A stretch of 64,000 nt of DNA from Longimicrobiales bacterium (GTDB lineage Bacteria > Gemmatimonadota > Gemmatimonadetes > Longimicrobiales > Gaopeijiaceae), in contig JAWLHJ010000004.1 of NCBI GenBank assembly GCA_041690395.1, forward strand, positions 160,001-224,000, read 5' to 3'. The translations under genes were made by a program, and so were the position numbers. The notes below the pieces were generated by a model. It did no database searches, was not told where the DNA came from, and worked only from the letters and a program-made list of their open reading frames with translations. Positions 9,620 through 19,342 of this stretch are shown here, in pieces (within the stretch, counting starts at the first letter, position 1; every line of letters begins with the position of its first letter).

Positions 9620-10916
9620 GGCCGGGCGTCTCCATCGCGAGGACCCTCTCGACGAGAAGCTCGGTCTGGTTCCGGGACGGATCGTCGAGCACCCAGTCGA
9701 GGAGCTCGTCGAGGATCTCGCCGAAACGTGGACCGGGCCGGAGCCCGAGCGAGATCAGGTCGCGACCGTCGAGTGCCAGGTCGCCCACGGCGAGCGGGGG
9801 TCCTGCGTCCCGGACCCGGCGGGCGGTCCGCCATGCCCCGACGACCGCATCGGGATCCGAGCCCGCGTCGACTCCGAGTGCCCGTCGGGTACGGGCGAAG
9901 GCGAGCTCCAACCGGGCCGACGCCGGCCACACGTCCCGCCCGACACCGCTCAGCCATCGGCGGAACTCGGCGTCCGGCGCCCCCGGATCGGGGAGTGGTG
10001 GTGCGGTGACCAACCGGAGTGTCCGGTCGACCTGTGCGTTCGAGAGACGCATGCGGAAGAGCAGCTGCGCCGAGGGCTCCGCACCCAACGGCCTGAGGAG
10101 CGCGCCGAGCCGGAGGAGCGCGTTGCCCACGGGCAGGGTATCCACCACGGCGCAGGCGATCTCCCATGCCGACGGGCCCGGGCCGGCCGTCTCCGCACAC
10201 CGGACGTCGTCCAACTCCGGGTACAGGGCGCCCAGGGCGCCCGACTCCGCGTACAGCCCGAGCGCCCGTGACGGCACGGGATCCGTGTCGAGCACCTTGA
10301 GGAGCTCGTCCCGGATCCGTTCTGCCGACAGCCCGCGCAGCCGGTCGCTCACCCCGCTGATCGCGGCCCAGGTGGCCTCGTCGATGTCGAGCCCGAAGCG
10401 ACCCGCGAACCGGAACGCCCGGAGCACCCGCAGATAGTCCTCGCGGAACCGCTCCTCCGGCTCGCCGACCGTCCGGAGCACGCCCCGCTCGAGATCCCCT
10501 CTTCCGTCGAACGGATCGTGCAGGCGCTCCGTGAGCGGGTGCCAGGCGATCGCGTTCACGGTGAAGTCACGGCGCGCGAGATCATCGTCGATCCGGTCCG
10601 CGAACGACACCACCGCGTGTCGGCCGTCGGTCTCCACGTCGCGACGGAACGTCGTCACCTCGTACATCGTGCCGTCCCGGGCCAGCACCCCGACCGTGCC
10701 GTGCTCGATACCCACGGGCACGGTGCGCCGGAAGACCCGGCGGATATCCTTCGGTCGGGCACGGGTGGTCAAGTCCCAGTCTCCGGACGGACGACCGGCC
10801 AGCCCATCCCTCACGGCTCCCCCCACCGCCCAGGTCTCGAAGCCGTGGTCCTCCAGCGTGCGCGCGACCCAGACCACCGCTGGCGGGGCCGTGAGGTGCA
10901 CTCTGGGCTGGCTCAC
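9612..10916 (-). CDS. cca: CCA tRNA nucleotidyltransferase (class II)
   Basis: [29 protein letters not shown] and SAERIRDEL motifs; GTG start at 10916. Confidence 0.88.
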   Translation of the reverse strand: MSQPRVHLTAPPAVVWVARTLEDHGFETWAVGGAVRDGLAGRPSGDWDLTTRARPKDIRRVFRRTVPVGIEHGTVGVLARDGTMYEVTTFRRDVETDGRHAVVSFADRIDDDLARRDFTVNAIAWHPLTERLHDPFDGRGDLERGVLRTVGEPEERFREDYLRVLRAFRFAGRFGLDIDEATWAAISGVSDRLRGLSAERIRDELLKVLDTDPVPSRALGLYAESGALGALYPELDDVRCAETAGPGPSAWEIACAVVDTLPVGNALLRLGALLRPLGAEPSAQLLFRMRLSNAQVDRTLRLVTAPPLPDPGAPDAEFRRWLSGVGRDVWPASARLELAFARTRRALGVDAGSDPDAVVGAWRTARRVRDAGPPLAVGDLALDGRDLISLGLRPGPRFGEILDELLDWVLDDPSRNQTELLVERVLAMETPGRA

Positions 10917-10923
10917 GGCTTCG

Positions 10924-11511
10924 TCACTCCGCCAGGGCCGACTCGACCAGATCGCACACGATGTGGCCGATCGTGAGGTGCATCTCCTGCGCCCGCGCCG
11001 TGGAGTCGGTCGGTACGACGAGCGCGAGATCGACCTCCGAGCGCAGGCGGCCTCCTCCCTTGGCGAGCAGCGCGCATGTGCGGGCCCCGACGTCCCGGGC
11101 CGCACGAGCGGCCCGGATGAGATTCTCCGACTCCCCGCTCGTGGAATGCAGGACGAGGAGGTCGGAGGGGCGAGCGAGCGCCCGTACCTGACGCTCGAAC
11201 ACGGCGTCGAAGCCGTAATCGTTGCCCCCCGCCGTCAGGATCGAAGTGTCGGTGGTGAGGGCGATCGCGGCCAGGGGCGCCCGTTCCCGCGCGAACCGGA
11301 CGACATACTCGGCGGCGAGGTGCTGCGCGTCCGCGGCCGACCCTCCATTGCCGCAGAAGAGGAGCTTTCCACCGGCCCGCAGCGCCTCCAGAGACGCGTC
11401 GACGAGCGAGACGATCTCGTCGCCCATCGCATCCGCGACCCGCCGGGCGAGCTCCGCGTGGTCCATGAGGGCGGCGTGGAGGGCCTCCTCCCGCGACGGC
11501 CGGCCGCTCAC
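10924..11511 (-). CDS. gmhA: Phosphoheptose isomerase (SIS domain)
   Basis: GNGGSAADAQHLAAE, NDYGF, STSGES and TARAQEMH motifs. Confidence 0.93.
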   Translation of the reverse strand: MSGRPSREEALHAALMDHAELARRVADAMGDEIVSLVDASLEALRAGGKLLFCGNGGSAADAQHLAAEYVVRFARERAPLAAIALTTDTSILTAGGNDYGFDAVFERQVRALARPSDLLVLHSTSGESENLIRAARAARDVGARTCALLAKGGGRLRSEVDLALVVPTDSTARAQEMHLTIGHIVCDLVESALAE

Positions 11512-12323
11512 TGCACGAGCTCCTTGATGCGAGCCCAGAAGCCGCGCTCTTCGGGCAGCGGCTCGACCGCCAGGGGTGCCTCGTTGCGGAGCATCCGAGA
11601 TGGATTGGTGACGCATAGCGTCGTGAGCATGTCGCGGGCGCCCAGCTCCTCCAGGATCGACCACGCTTCCTTCTTGTAGAGCTTCATACCGGACTGTCCA
11701 TGGAAATCGGTCGACAGGTAGTCCGCCCATCCGCGCCGGAGCAGGCGGAACGCGTTCTGGCGGGCGTCCGAGCCGTAACGGCCCGCGAAAGAGCCGTAGT
11801 TCACCTGGAGTGCCGCGCCGGCGTCCTTCCAGCTCGCTACCACATCGAGCTGGGCGCCCACTCCGTGATATCGCTCGGGATGGGCGATGATGGGCCGATA
11901 CCCGGCCGACACGATGCTCTCGAGTACGCGAGCCGTGCCGGGCGGGATCTGCATGCGAGGCCATTCCACCAACACGAAGTCGGTACCCGCCATGCGGATG
12001 CGGCGATCGGAGAAGTCCGGATCCGGCACGTCGAGCATCACCTCGTGCCCGAGCCTGAACTCGACCTCGGGAAAGTCCGATCCCACCGCGTCAGCCGCCT
12101 CCTCCCAGGCCCGCTCCACTTGGTCCAGCCGGTACCCGAGGGCCGGAGGGTCCAGCGTCAGCCCCGCCCGGATGTGTGGGGTGGTGACGATCTTCCGGAT
12201 CCCCGCGCGCGCCATCCGCTCCACCGAGGCCAGGACCGCCGGGACGTCACGCGCCCCGTCGTCGACCCCGGGGACGAGGTGGCTGTGCAGGTCGATCACG
12301 GAGGTGGGGTCCCGATCGCTCAC
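11508..12323 (-). CDS. PHP-family tyrosine-protein phosphatase (CpsB/CapC/YwqE-like)
   Basis: IDLHSHLVPGVDDG, TTPH, IIAHPERY and STDFH motifs. Confidence 0.88.
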   Translation of the reverse strand: MSDRDPTSVIDLHSHLVPGVDDGARDVPAVLASVERMARAGIRKIVTTPHIRAGLTLDPPALGYRLDQVERAWEEAADAVGSDFPEVEFRLGHEVMLDVPDPDFSDRRIRMAGTDFVLVEWPRMQIPPGTARVLESIVSAGYRPIIAHPERYHGVGAQLDVVASWKDAGAALQVNYGSFAGRYGSDARQNAFRLLRRGWADYLSTDFHGQSGMKLYKKEAWSILEELGARDMLTTLCVTNPSRMLRNEAPLAVEPLPEERGFWARIKELVQ

Positions 12324-12616
12324 CGCGCGCTCGCGCTCCGGAGGATCCACGTCAGCGACGCTTCGGGGTCGTCCGCCTCGAGCGCCGCCTCACAGGCGTA
12401 GGTGATCAGGGCGTCCGCCGCCAGGAGCTCGAACGCGCTCTCCCGGACCCGGCCCGGACGCGCGAGCGCTGCTTCGAGCGCCTGCCGCCCCATCGACGTG
12501 AGCGAGCGGACCGGCGGCTGGCCTGGGTCCGACGGCGCACGGGACGTCCACCGTGCCAACGGCACCGACGACGGAGGCTGCCGTTCAGCGAGCCAGTCCT
12601 CGAGCCGCGCGCTCAT
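12320..12616 (-). CDS. Small hypothetical protein
   Basis: ATG overlaps the alaS stop and its stop overlaps the next GTG; MSARLEDWL...ESAFELLAADALITYACEAA. Confidence 0.65.
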   Translation of the reverse strand: MSARLEDWLAERQPPSSVPLARWTSRAPSDPGQPPVRSLTSMGRQALEAALARPGRVRESAFELLAADALITYACEAALEADDPEASLTWILRSASAR

Positions 12617-15255
12617 TCCACCGCGCTGCCCAGAAGGCGCTCGCGCACCTTCTCGGCCCCCAGGGCCAGGGCCTCGTCGAGGCGCGCGGCGTCGCCGACC
12701 CCGGCCTGGGCCAGGTGCGGCCGTCCACCGCCCTTCCCTCCGACGACCGCGGCCACGTCGCGCACGACGGCGTCGGCACGAATTCCCTTCGCGATCAGAT
12801 CGTCGGTAACGAACGCGAAGAGGGCCTGCTTGTCTTCGGGGAGCTCCGCGGCCACCACGGCGACGCCGCTCTCGCCCGACGACAGGAACGCGTCTCCCCA
12901 ACTGCGGGCGTCGTCGGCGTCGCGGGCCTTGAGTCGGATCGCCCGATAGCGGGTCGACGTCCCGCCTCCGAGGTCGTAGGACTCGGAAACCACCTCTTGC
13001 TCGCCGGCACCGCCACCCGATCGGAGCTCGGCCAGCAGCGACTCGAGCTCCGTCTTCTCGGCCACGAGACGCTCGGCCCGCTGCGTCAGGTTCTCGGGCT
13101 TCGTGCGCAGCACGTCGGCCGCTTCCTCGAGGGCCCGCTCCCTGTCGGTCAGGTACCGGAAGGCCCCGGGCCCGGTGAGCGCCTCGACGCGCCGCACGCC
13201 GGCCGCGACGCCGGACTCGCTCACGATCCGGAACAGGCCGATCTCTCCGGTATGCCGGGCGTGCGTGCCTCCGCACAGCTCCATGCTCACGCCCGGAATA
13301 TCGACCACCCGGACATCGTCGCCGTACTTCTCGCCGAACAGCGCCATCGCCCCGGCCGCCACGGCCTCGCGATAGGACCGCTGGCCGATCTCGACCGGGT
13401 GGTCCTCCCAGATGCGCCGGTTGACGATGTCCTCGACCCGACGCCGTTCCTCGGGGGTCATGGGCGCCGTGTGGGCGAAATCGAAGCGGAGGCGGTCAGG
13501 CGCCACCAGAGAGCCTCGCTGAACCACGTGGTCTCCGAGGACTTCCCTGAGCGCCGCATGGAGCAGATGTGTCGCCGTGTGGTTCCGTACGGTGTCGTGC
13601 CGGACGTCTTCGGGCACGGACGCGACGGCACTCACCGGGGCACGCCCGACCGGGAACGTCCCGGTGAGCGTACCGAACAAGGCCGTCCGCTCACCGGCTC
13701 GCGCCACCCGCTCGACCTCCAGGGACCACCCGTCACCCGAGACCACCCCTCCGTCGGAGACCTGGCCACCGCTCTCGAGATAGAACGGGTTCTCCTCCAG
13801 GACGATGCCCGCCGATCCGTCGCCGAGCCGGTACGCGAGCACGTGGGTCTCGGCACGGAGCCGGTCGTAGCCGACGAACCGCTGCTCCTCGTCGGCCAGC
13901 ACGGTCCACTCACCCACATCCTCGTCGTCCATGGCCACACCCGAGCTCGCGCGGTCGGCGCGGGACCTGGCGCGCTGAGCGTCCAGAGCCCGCTCGAAGC
14001 CGTCCACGTCGACGTCGTAGCCGCGCTCCTCGGCCATCAGCTCGGTCAGGTCGAGGGGGAAGCCGAACGTGTCGTAGAGCTTGAACGCCTCGTCTCCAGC
14101 TATGGTGCCCCCGTCGCCCGAGGCCAGCTCGGCGAAGCGCTCCATGCCGCCTTCGATCGTCTGTAGGAAGCGCTCCTCCTCGGCCCGGGTGCTCCGCAGC
14201 AGGTGATCGCGTCGTTCGACCAGCTCCGGATAGACGTCTCCCATGCTCTCGATCACGGCATCCACCACATCGACGAGCGTCGCCTCGCGGCGTCCGAGCA
14301 GCCAGGCATGGCGGACCGCGCGCCGCAGGATACGACGCAGCACGTATCCGCGTCCCTCGCTCGACGGAAAGACACCGTCGGCCAGCAGGAACGCCACGGC
14401 GCGTGCGTGGTCCGCGAGCACCCGGTAGCTGACGCCTTCCTCGGAGTCACGGTCGTAGGGCCGGCCGACGAGCTCGGCCACGCGCTCGAGCAGCGGCGCG
14501 AAGCCGTCCGCGTGGTAGTTCGAGTCGACACCCTGGAGGACGGCCGCGATCCGCTCGAGCCCCGCCCCCGTATCGACGCATGGCGCCGGCAACGGATGCA
14601 GCTCCCCGTTCTCGTCACGATCGAACTGCATGAACACGAGGTTCCACAGCTCGATGATCGTGCCGGCCTCGTTCAACTCCACGAACGCCTCCGTCGTCGT
14701 GACCGGGTTGCGCTCCTCGCGCAGGTCGTAGTGGAGCTCGGAGCACGGGCCGCAGGGGCCCGTGTCGGCCATCTGCCAGAAGTTGTCCTTGTCGCCGAGC
14801 CGGAAGACCCGCTCCGCCGGCAACCCGATGTCGTTCAACCACAGATCGGCGGCCTCGTCGTCCGTATGGTGCACCGTGGCGTAGAAGCGCTCCGGGTCGA
14901 GGCCGTACACCTCCGTCATCAGCTCCCAGGCGTAACGGATGGCGTCGCGCTTGAAGTAGTCGCCGAACGAGAAGTTCCCGAGCATCTCGAAGAAGGTGTG
15001 GTGCCGGGTCGTCCGACCCACTTCCTCGAGATCGTTGTGCTTGCCCCCCGCGCGTACGCACTTCTGGGCCGTGACCGCCCGCGTATACCCCGGGTCGTGC
15101 TGGCCCAGGAAGACGCGCTTGAACTGTACCATTCCCGCGTTGGTGAACAGGAGGGTCGGGTCGTCCGCCGGCACGAGCGGCGAACTGGGGCGGACGGTAT
15201 GCCCCCGATCCCTGAAGTAGTCGAGGAATCGGCTTCTGATCTGGGCGGTCTTCAT
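12613..15255 (-). CDS. alaS: Alanine--tRNA ligase
   Basis: DPTLLFTNAGM, HHTFFEMLGNFSFGDYFK, editing-domain HTATHLL and ELCGGTH, C-terminal GGKGGG. Confidence 0.98.
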   Translation of the reverse strand: MKTAQIRSRFLDYFRDRGHTVRPSSPLVPADDPTLLFTNAGMVQFKRVFLGQHDPGYTRAVTAQKCVRAGGKHNDLEEVGRTTRHHTFFEMLGNFSFGDYFKRDAIRYAWELMTEVYGLDPERFYATVHHTDDEAADLWLNDIGLPAERVFRLGDKDNFWQMADTGPCGPCSELHYDLREERNPVTTTEAFVELNEAGTIIELWNLVFMQFDRDENGELHPLPAPCVDTGAGLERIAAVLQGVDSNYHADGFAPLLERVAELVGRPYDRDSEEGVSYRVLADHARAVAFLLADGVFPSSEGRGYVLRRILRRAVRHAWLLGRREATLVDVVDAVIESMGDVYPELVERRDHLLRSTRAEEERFLQTIEGGMERFAELASGDGGTIAGDEAFKLYDTFGFPLDLTELMAEERGYDVDVDGFERALDAQRARSRADRASSGVAMDDEDVGEWTVLADEEQRFVGYDRLRAETHVLAYRLGDGSAGIVLEENPFYLESGGQVSDGGVVSGDGWSLEVERVARAGERTALFGTLTGTFPVGRAPVSAVASVPEDVRHDTVRNHTATHLLHAALREVLGDHVVQRGSLVAPDRLRFDFAHTAPMTPEERRRVEDIVNRRIWEDHPVEIGQRSYREAVAAGAMALFGEKYGDDVRVVDIPGVSMELCGGTHARHTGEIGLFRIVSESGVAAGVRRVEALTGPGAFRYLTDRERALEEAADVLRTKPENLTQRAERLVAEKTELESLLAELRSGGGAGEQEVVSESYDLGGGTSTRYRAIRLKARDADDARSWGDAFLSSGESGVAVVAAELPEDKQALFAFVTDDLIAKGIRADAVVRDVAAVVGGKGGGRPHLAQAGVGDAARLDEALALGAEKVRERLLGSAVE

Positions 15256-15408
15256 GAAACTCCGAACGACGAACGGGCGACTGGACGAGCGAGCTCGAGT
15301 GGATGGGGTCCACCGCCACGGCACTCCGGAACTGCCCGGAAACGCCGTGCTCGGCCGGGAAAGGGCCGAGCCTTAACGATAACGCTCCAGCGCGGATCCC
15401 GAGAGTCC

Positions 15409-15445
15409 GAAGGGGCTCGGGCGCATGCAGCGCTCGAGCCCCTTC
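15409..15445 (-). terminator. Hairpin after recA (probable terminator)
   Basis: GAAGGGGCTCGGGCGC / GCGCTCGAGCCCCTTC, 16-bp near-perfect inverted repeat; no strong U-tract. Confidence 0.55.
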
Positions 15446-15486
15446 ATACCGATCTCGGAGTTGCGCGCGGAGCGGCCGCGCTCTGC

Positions 15487-16551
15487 CTACTCCTCGTCGG
15501 CCTCCGAATCGTCGTCGTCACGGGCCCCGCCGATGCCCGGCAAGGAGAGCGCGTCCCGGATTTTCATCTCGATTTCGAGCGCGATGTCGTCGTTCTCGGC
15601 CAGGAAGGCCTTCGAGTTCTCCTTCCCCTGACCCAGCCGGAGATCCCCGTAGGAGAACCAGGAGCCGGACTTGTCGACGATCCCGTGATCGACGCCCAGG
15701 TCGACGAGGAGACCGGTATGGCTCACGCCCTCGTTGTACTGGATGTCGAACTCGGCCTGCTTGAAGGGAGGGGCGCACTTGTTCTTGACCACCTTCACGC
15801 GCGTCCGGTTCCCGACGACGTCCTGACCGTCCTTGATCGCTCCGATCCGACGGATATCGAGCCGCAACGATGCATAGAACTTGAGCGCCCGCCCGCCGGA
15901 CGTGGTCTCGGGACTCCCGAACATCACGCCGACCTTCTCACGGATCTGGTTGGTGAAGACGACCGAGGTGTGCGACCGATTCACAGCGCCCGTGAGCTTC
16001 CGGAGCGCCTGGCTCATGAGCCGGGCCTGGAGCCCGACGTGCGTATCGCCCATCTCGCCTTCGATCTCGGCTCGGGGTACGAGAGCCGCCACGGAGTCCA
16101 CCACCACGACGTCGATCGCGTTGCTTCGGATGAGCACCTCGGCGATCTCGAGCGCCTGCTCTCCGGTGTCGGGCTGGGATACGAGCAGGTTGTCGACGTC
16201 GACCCCCAGCTTCCGCGCGTAATTGATGTCCAGCGCGTGTTCCGCGTCGATGAAGGCCGCGATACCGCCTTTCCGCTGAGCATTCGCTATGACCTGGAGA
16301 CAGATCGTGGTCTTCCCCGACGACTCTGGACCATAGATCTCGCTGATGCGGCCGCGCGGAATCCCGCCGATGCCGATCGCGGCGTCGAGGTTCAGGGCGC
16401 CGGTCGAGATCGCCTCGATGGCCACCATCCCGCCTTCCGCGCCCATGCGCATGATCGCGCCTTTTCCGTACGAGCGCTCGATCTGCGTGAGCGCCGTATC
16501 GAGGGCCTTCTTCTTCTGATCGTCGGTCTTTTCGGTCTGCGCCGTCCCCAT
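15487..16551 (-). CDS. recA: Recombinase A
   Basis: [29 protein letters not shown] and GGRALKFY motifs; GGAGG RBS. Confidence 0.99.
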   Translation of the reverse strand: MGTAQTEKTDDQKKKALDTALTQIERSYGKGAIMRMGAEGGMVAIEAISTGALNLDAAIGIGGIPRGRISEIYGPESSGKTTICLQVIANAQRKGGIAAFIDAEHALDINYARKLGVDVDNLLVSQPDTGEQALEIAEVLIRSNAIDVVVVDSVAALVPRAEIEGEMGDTHVGLQARLMSQALRKLTGAVNRSHTSVVFTNQIREKVGVMFGSPETTSGGRALKFYASLRLDIRRIGAIKDGQDVVGNRTRVKVVKNKCAPPFKQAEFDIQYNEGVSHTGLLVDLGVDHGIVDKSGSWFSYGDLRLGQGKENSKAFLAENDDIALEIEMKIRDALSLPGIGGARDDDDSEADEE

Positions 16552-16594
16552 ATCCCCTCCATCAAAGGGTTCCGCTTCTCGGAACCGCGTACGG

Positions 16595-16628
16595 GAAAGT
16601 ACACGACCCGAAGATAAAGCGAAAGTAC
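16595..16628 (-). promoter_or_regulatory. recA promoter region with direct repeats (candidate operator)
   Basis: Minus strand TTTCGC-N17-TACTTT; CGAA-N7-CGAA at 16609-16623; GAAAGTAC at 16595 and 16621. Confidence 0.4.
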
Positions 16629-16695
16629 CCAGGAATCCCTTCGTCTCGAACGCAAGCTACCCACCCGCACGGGACGGCGGAATGCCGGGTTGGGA

Positions 16696-16710
16696 TGGCA
16701 CGCCCCTTGC
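16696..16710 (+). promoter_or_regulatory. Sigma54 (-24/-12) promoter
   Basis: TGGCACG-CCCC-TTGC, an exact match to TGGCACG-N4-TTGC, 64 nt before the ATG at 16775. Confidence 0.7.
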
Positions 16711-16774
16711 GGCATCCGGGGCCTGGCTTACTCTTGTGTCATCCGTCGACTGGCCTTCTGCCGGTACCCTTCGA

Positions 16775-17206
16775 ATGAGCAACGTCACCAACGGGCGCGC
16801 CCGCCTCCGTTTCGACAGCCTCGAGCAGGTCACGACCCCGGACGGTTCCGGGCGTGTGGCCGTGCGGCTCGAGTGGCGCGGGGATATGTTCGAGGGTGAG
16901 GTGCCCTGCCTCCAGACGCAACAGGGCATCCTCAGGGCCGCGGCTCAATCCACCGTCGCCGCCACCGTCGCCTCGACCCGGGGCGAGAACGGAACCAAGA
17001 TCCAGCTCGAAGTCGTCGGCGTGAAGGCTGTGAGGGCGTTCGACGGATGGGTCGTCGTGGCCCGCATCAACGGTGCGGCGGGCAACGAGACCTACCGGCT
17101 TCTCGGGGCCGCCCCCTGTGAGCGGGAAGAGGACCTACCCGGCGCGGCGGTCAAGGCGGTCCTGAACGCCAGCAACCGGATTCTGGAGCAGAGAGTCGCC
17201 CGATAG
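16775..17206 (+). CDS. Hypothetical protein resembling a stand-alone LeuA allosteric/dimerisation domain
   Basis: 143 aa with a duplicated beta-beta-beta-alpha pattern, ending DLPGAAVKAVLNASNR. Confidence 0.65.
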   Translation: MSNVTNGRARLRFDSLEQVTTPDGSGRVAVRLEWRGDMFEGEVPCLQTQQGILRAAAQSTVAATVASTRGENGTKIQLEVVGVKAVRAFDGWVVVARINGAAGNETYRLLGAAPCEREEDLPGAAVKAVLNASNRILEQRVAR

Positions 17207-17260
17207 GGTGCCGGGGCGAATCCGGCCGACCCGCCGGCTCGCCAACCGCACGAGGAGCGC

Positions 17261-18400
17261 ATGAAGGCACCGCAGCGCCCGAAGGTCCCTCACATCGCCG
17301 GTCTCGCGGCCGCACGTCGCGTCATCGGCCGGGTGGTCGGACCCGTCCGAAAGCCACCCGGGTCCCCACCCGGGACGCTCGTCCACACCGGCACCCGCAA
17401 AGTCGAACAGGTCCACGTCTCGCACATGGCCTACGACGCCGAGGAGCTCCACGAGTCGTCCGGAGCCAGCCTCAGCGAGGTCCTGGCCGCGCTGCCCGCG
17501 ACCCCGAACGCCTCCCGCGTCGACTGGATCAATGTCGACGGGCTCCACGAGCCAGGTCTGCTCGAGTCCCTCGACACCCGCTTCGGCATCCACCGACTGG
17601 TCCTCGAGGACGTGCTGAGCACGCACCAGCGGCCGAAGACGGAAGATCACGGGGCCTACTTCTTCGTCGTCCTCCGGATGTTGTCGTTCGACGAGAATAC
17701 GGGGTCGGTGGAGGCCGAGCAGGTCAGCCTCATCGTCACCGACCGCCTCCTGATCTCGTTCCAGGAACGGTCGGGCGACGTCTTCGAGCCCGTCCGGGAG
17801 AGGCTCCGACAGGCGAAGGGCCGCATTCGTAGTCGGGGGGTGGACTACCTGGCGTACGCGCTGATCGACGCCGTCGTCGACGGCTATTTCGAGGTGCTCG
17901 AGAAGATCGGCGACCGGATCGAGGAGCTCGAGACCCTCGCCCTGACGGACGCCTCGACCGACACCGTACACGCCATCCACACACTCAGACGCGAAGCGCT
18001 GGTCCTGCGTCGTGCGGTATGGCCGCTCCGCGACGCCCTCGGCCCGATGTATCGCGGAGACGTCTCACAGGTGCGCGAAGAGACCAGGGTCTTCCTCCGC
18101 GATGTGCACGACCACGCCGTGCAGGTCATCGACACGGTGGAGTCGTTGAGGGAGCTGCTCTCCGCAGCGATGGATCTTCATCTCTCGAACGTCAGCAACC
18201 GGATGAACGAGGTCATGAAGGTCCTGACCATCATCGCGACGATCTTCATTCCCCTGTCCTTCTTCGCGGGCGTCTACGGCATGAACTTCGAACACATGCC
18301 CGAGCTCGCCCTCCCGTGGGCGTACCCGGCCCTCCTCGCATTCATGGCCTCGCTGGCCCTGGGGATGCTGGGTTTCTTCAAGCACAAGGGTTGGTTCTAG
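17261..18400 (+). CDS. corA: Magnesium/cobalt transporter CorA
   Basis: YGMNF signature, two C-terminal TM helices, MPEL loop. Confidence 0.95.
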   Translation: MKAPQRPKVPHIAGLAAARRVIGRVVGPVRKPPGSPPGTLVHTGTRKVEQVHVSHMAYDAEELHESSGASLSEVLAALPATPNASRVDWINVDGLHEPGLLESLDTRFGIHRLVLEDVLSTHQRPKTEDHGAYFFVVLRMLSFDENTGSVEAEQVSLIVTDRLLISFQERSGDVFEPVRERLRQAKGRIRSRGVDYLAYALIDAVVDGYFEVLEKIGDRIEELETLALTDASTDTVHAIHTLRREALVLRRAVWPLRDALGPMYRGDVSQVREETRVFLRDVHDHAVQVIDTVESLRELLSAAMDLHLSNVSNRMNEVMKVLTIIATIFIPLSFFAGVYGMNFEHMPELALPWAYPALLAFMASLALGMLGFFKHKGWF

Positions 18401-18403
18401 CGG

Positions 18404-19267
18404 ATGCCCACGACGGTCAAGAAGCTGATCGAGCTCCTCGATCTCGAAGTGATCGAGCACAACATCTACCGCGGCACGAACCGCGACATCGGAACGGGGA
18501 GGATCTTCGGGGGGCAGGTGCTCGCCCAGGCGCTGGTCGCGTCGCGGCGGACCGTCGACGGCGACCGGCCGTGCCACTCCATGCACGGCTACTTCATCCT
18601 GGAAGGCGACCTCGCGGCACCGGTCGTGTACTTCGTCGACCGGCTCCGGGACGGCCGGAGCTACTGCACCCGCAGAGTCACGGCGATCCAGCACGGTGAG
18701 GCGATCTTCAACATGTCCTGCTCGTTCCACCGACCGGAGACGGGGCTGGAGCACCAGATGTCCATGAGGGATACCGTCGGCCCGGAAAGCCTGCGTGACG
18801 AGCTCGACGTTCTCCGCGAGCACGCGGAGCAGATCCCGAAGCGGGTCCGAGGCGTGCTGACTCAGGACCGGGTCCTCGACATCCGTCCGGTCGAGGCGGA
18901 GGACCCCTTCCAGCCCGAGCGGCGCGCCCCACGCCAGCGATACTGGATGCGCACGGTCAACGACCTTCCCGACGACCCGCTCCTGCACCAGGCGATCCTG
19001 GCGTATGCCTCGGACTACGGCCTCCTGGGCGCGGCCCTGCGGCCGCACGGCGTCACCTTCCGGGATCCGGAGGTGATGGTGGCGAGCCTCGACCATGCGA
19101 TCTGGTTCCACCGGCCGTTCCGCTTCGACGAATGGCTGCTCTACGTCGTGGAGAGTCCCTCGTCGGGGGCGGGCCGGGGATTCTCACGCGGCACGTTCTT
19201 CACGCGCGACGGCACGCTGGTCGCTTCGGTGGCTCAGGAGGGCGTCTTGCGGGTCCGGCGGGACTGA
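18404..19267 (+). CDS. tesB: Acyl-CoA thioesterase II
   Basis: IFGGQVLAQA, HSMHGYF, YASD, SLDHAIWFH and QEG motifs. Confidence 0.93.
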   Translation: MPTTVKKLIELLDLEVIEHNIYRGTNRDIGTGRIFGGQVLAQALVASRRTVDGDRPCHSMHGYFILEGDLAAPVVYFVDRLRDGRSYCTRRVTAIQHGEAIFNMSCSFHRPETGLEHQMSMRDTVGPESLRDELDVLREHAEQIPKRVRGVLTQDRVLDIRPVEAEDPFQPERRAPRQRYWMRTVNDLPDDPLLHQAILAYASDYGLLGAALRPHGVTFRDPEVMVASLDHAIWFHRPFRFDEWLLYVVESPSSGAGRGFSRGTFFTRDGTLVASVAQEGVLRVRRD

Positions 19268-19295
19268 CCCGCTCGTCGAGAGCCCGGACCACCGC

Positions 19296-19335
19296 CCGGA
19301 AGACCCGCGGGGGGTGACCTCCGCGGGTCTTCCGG
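19296..19335. terminator. Bidirectional hairpin between convergent genes
   Basis: Perfect 15-bp inverted repeat CCGGAAGACCCGCGG / CCGCGGGTCTTCCGG. Confidence 0.65.
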
Positions 19336-19342
19336 CGCGCCC

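Noticed and set aside
15299..15320. T-box riboswitch upstream of alaS (GGTGGACC)
   Set aside because: Does not match the UGGNACC bulge, no Stem I features are recognisable, and the leader is short.
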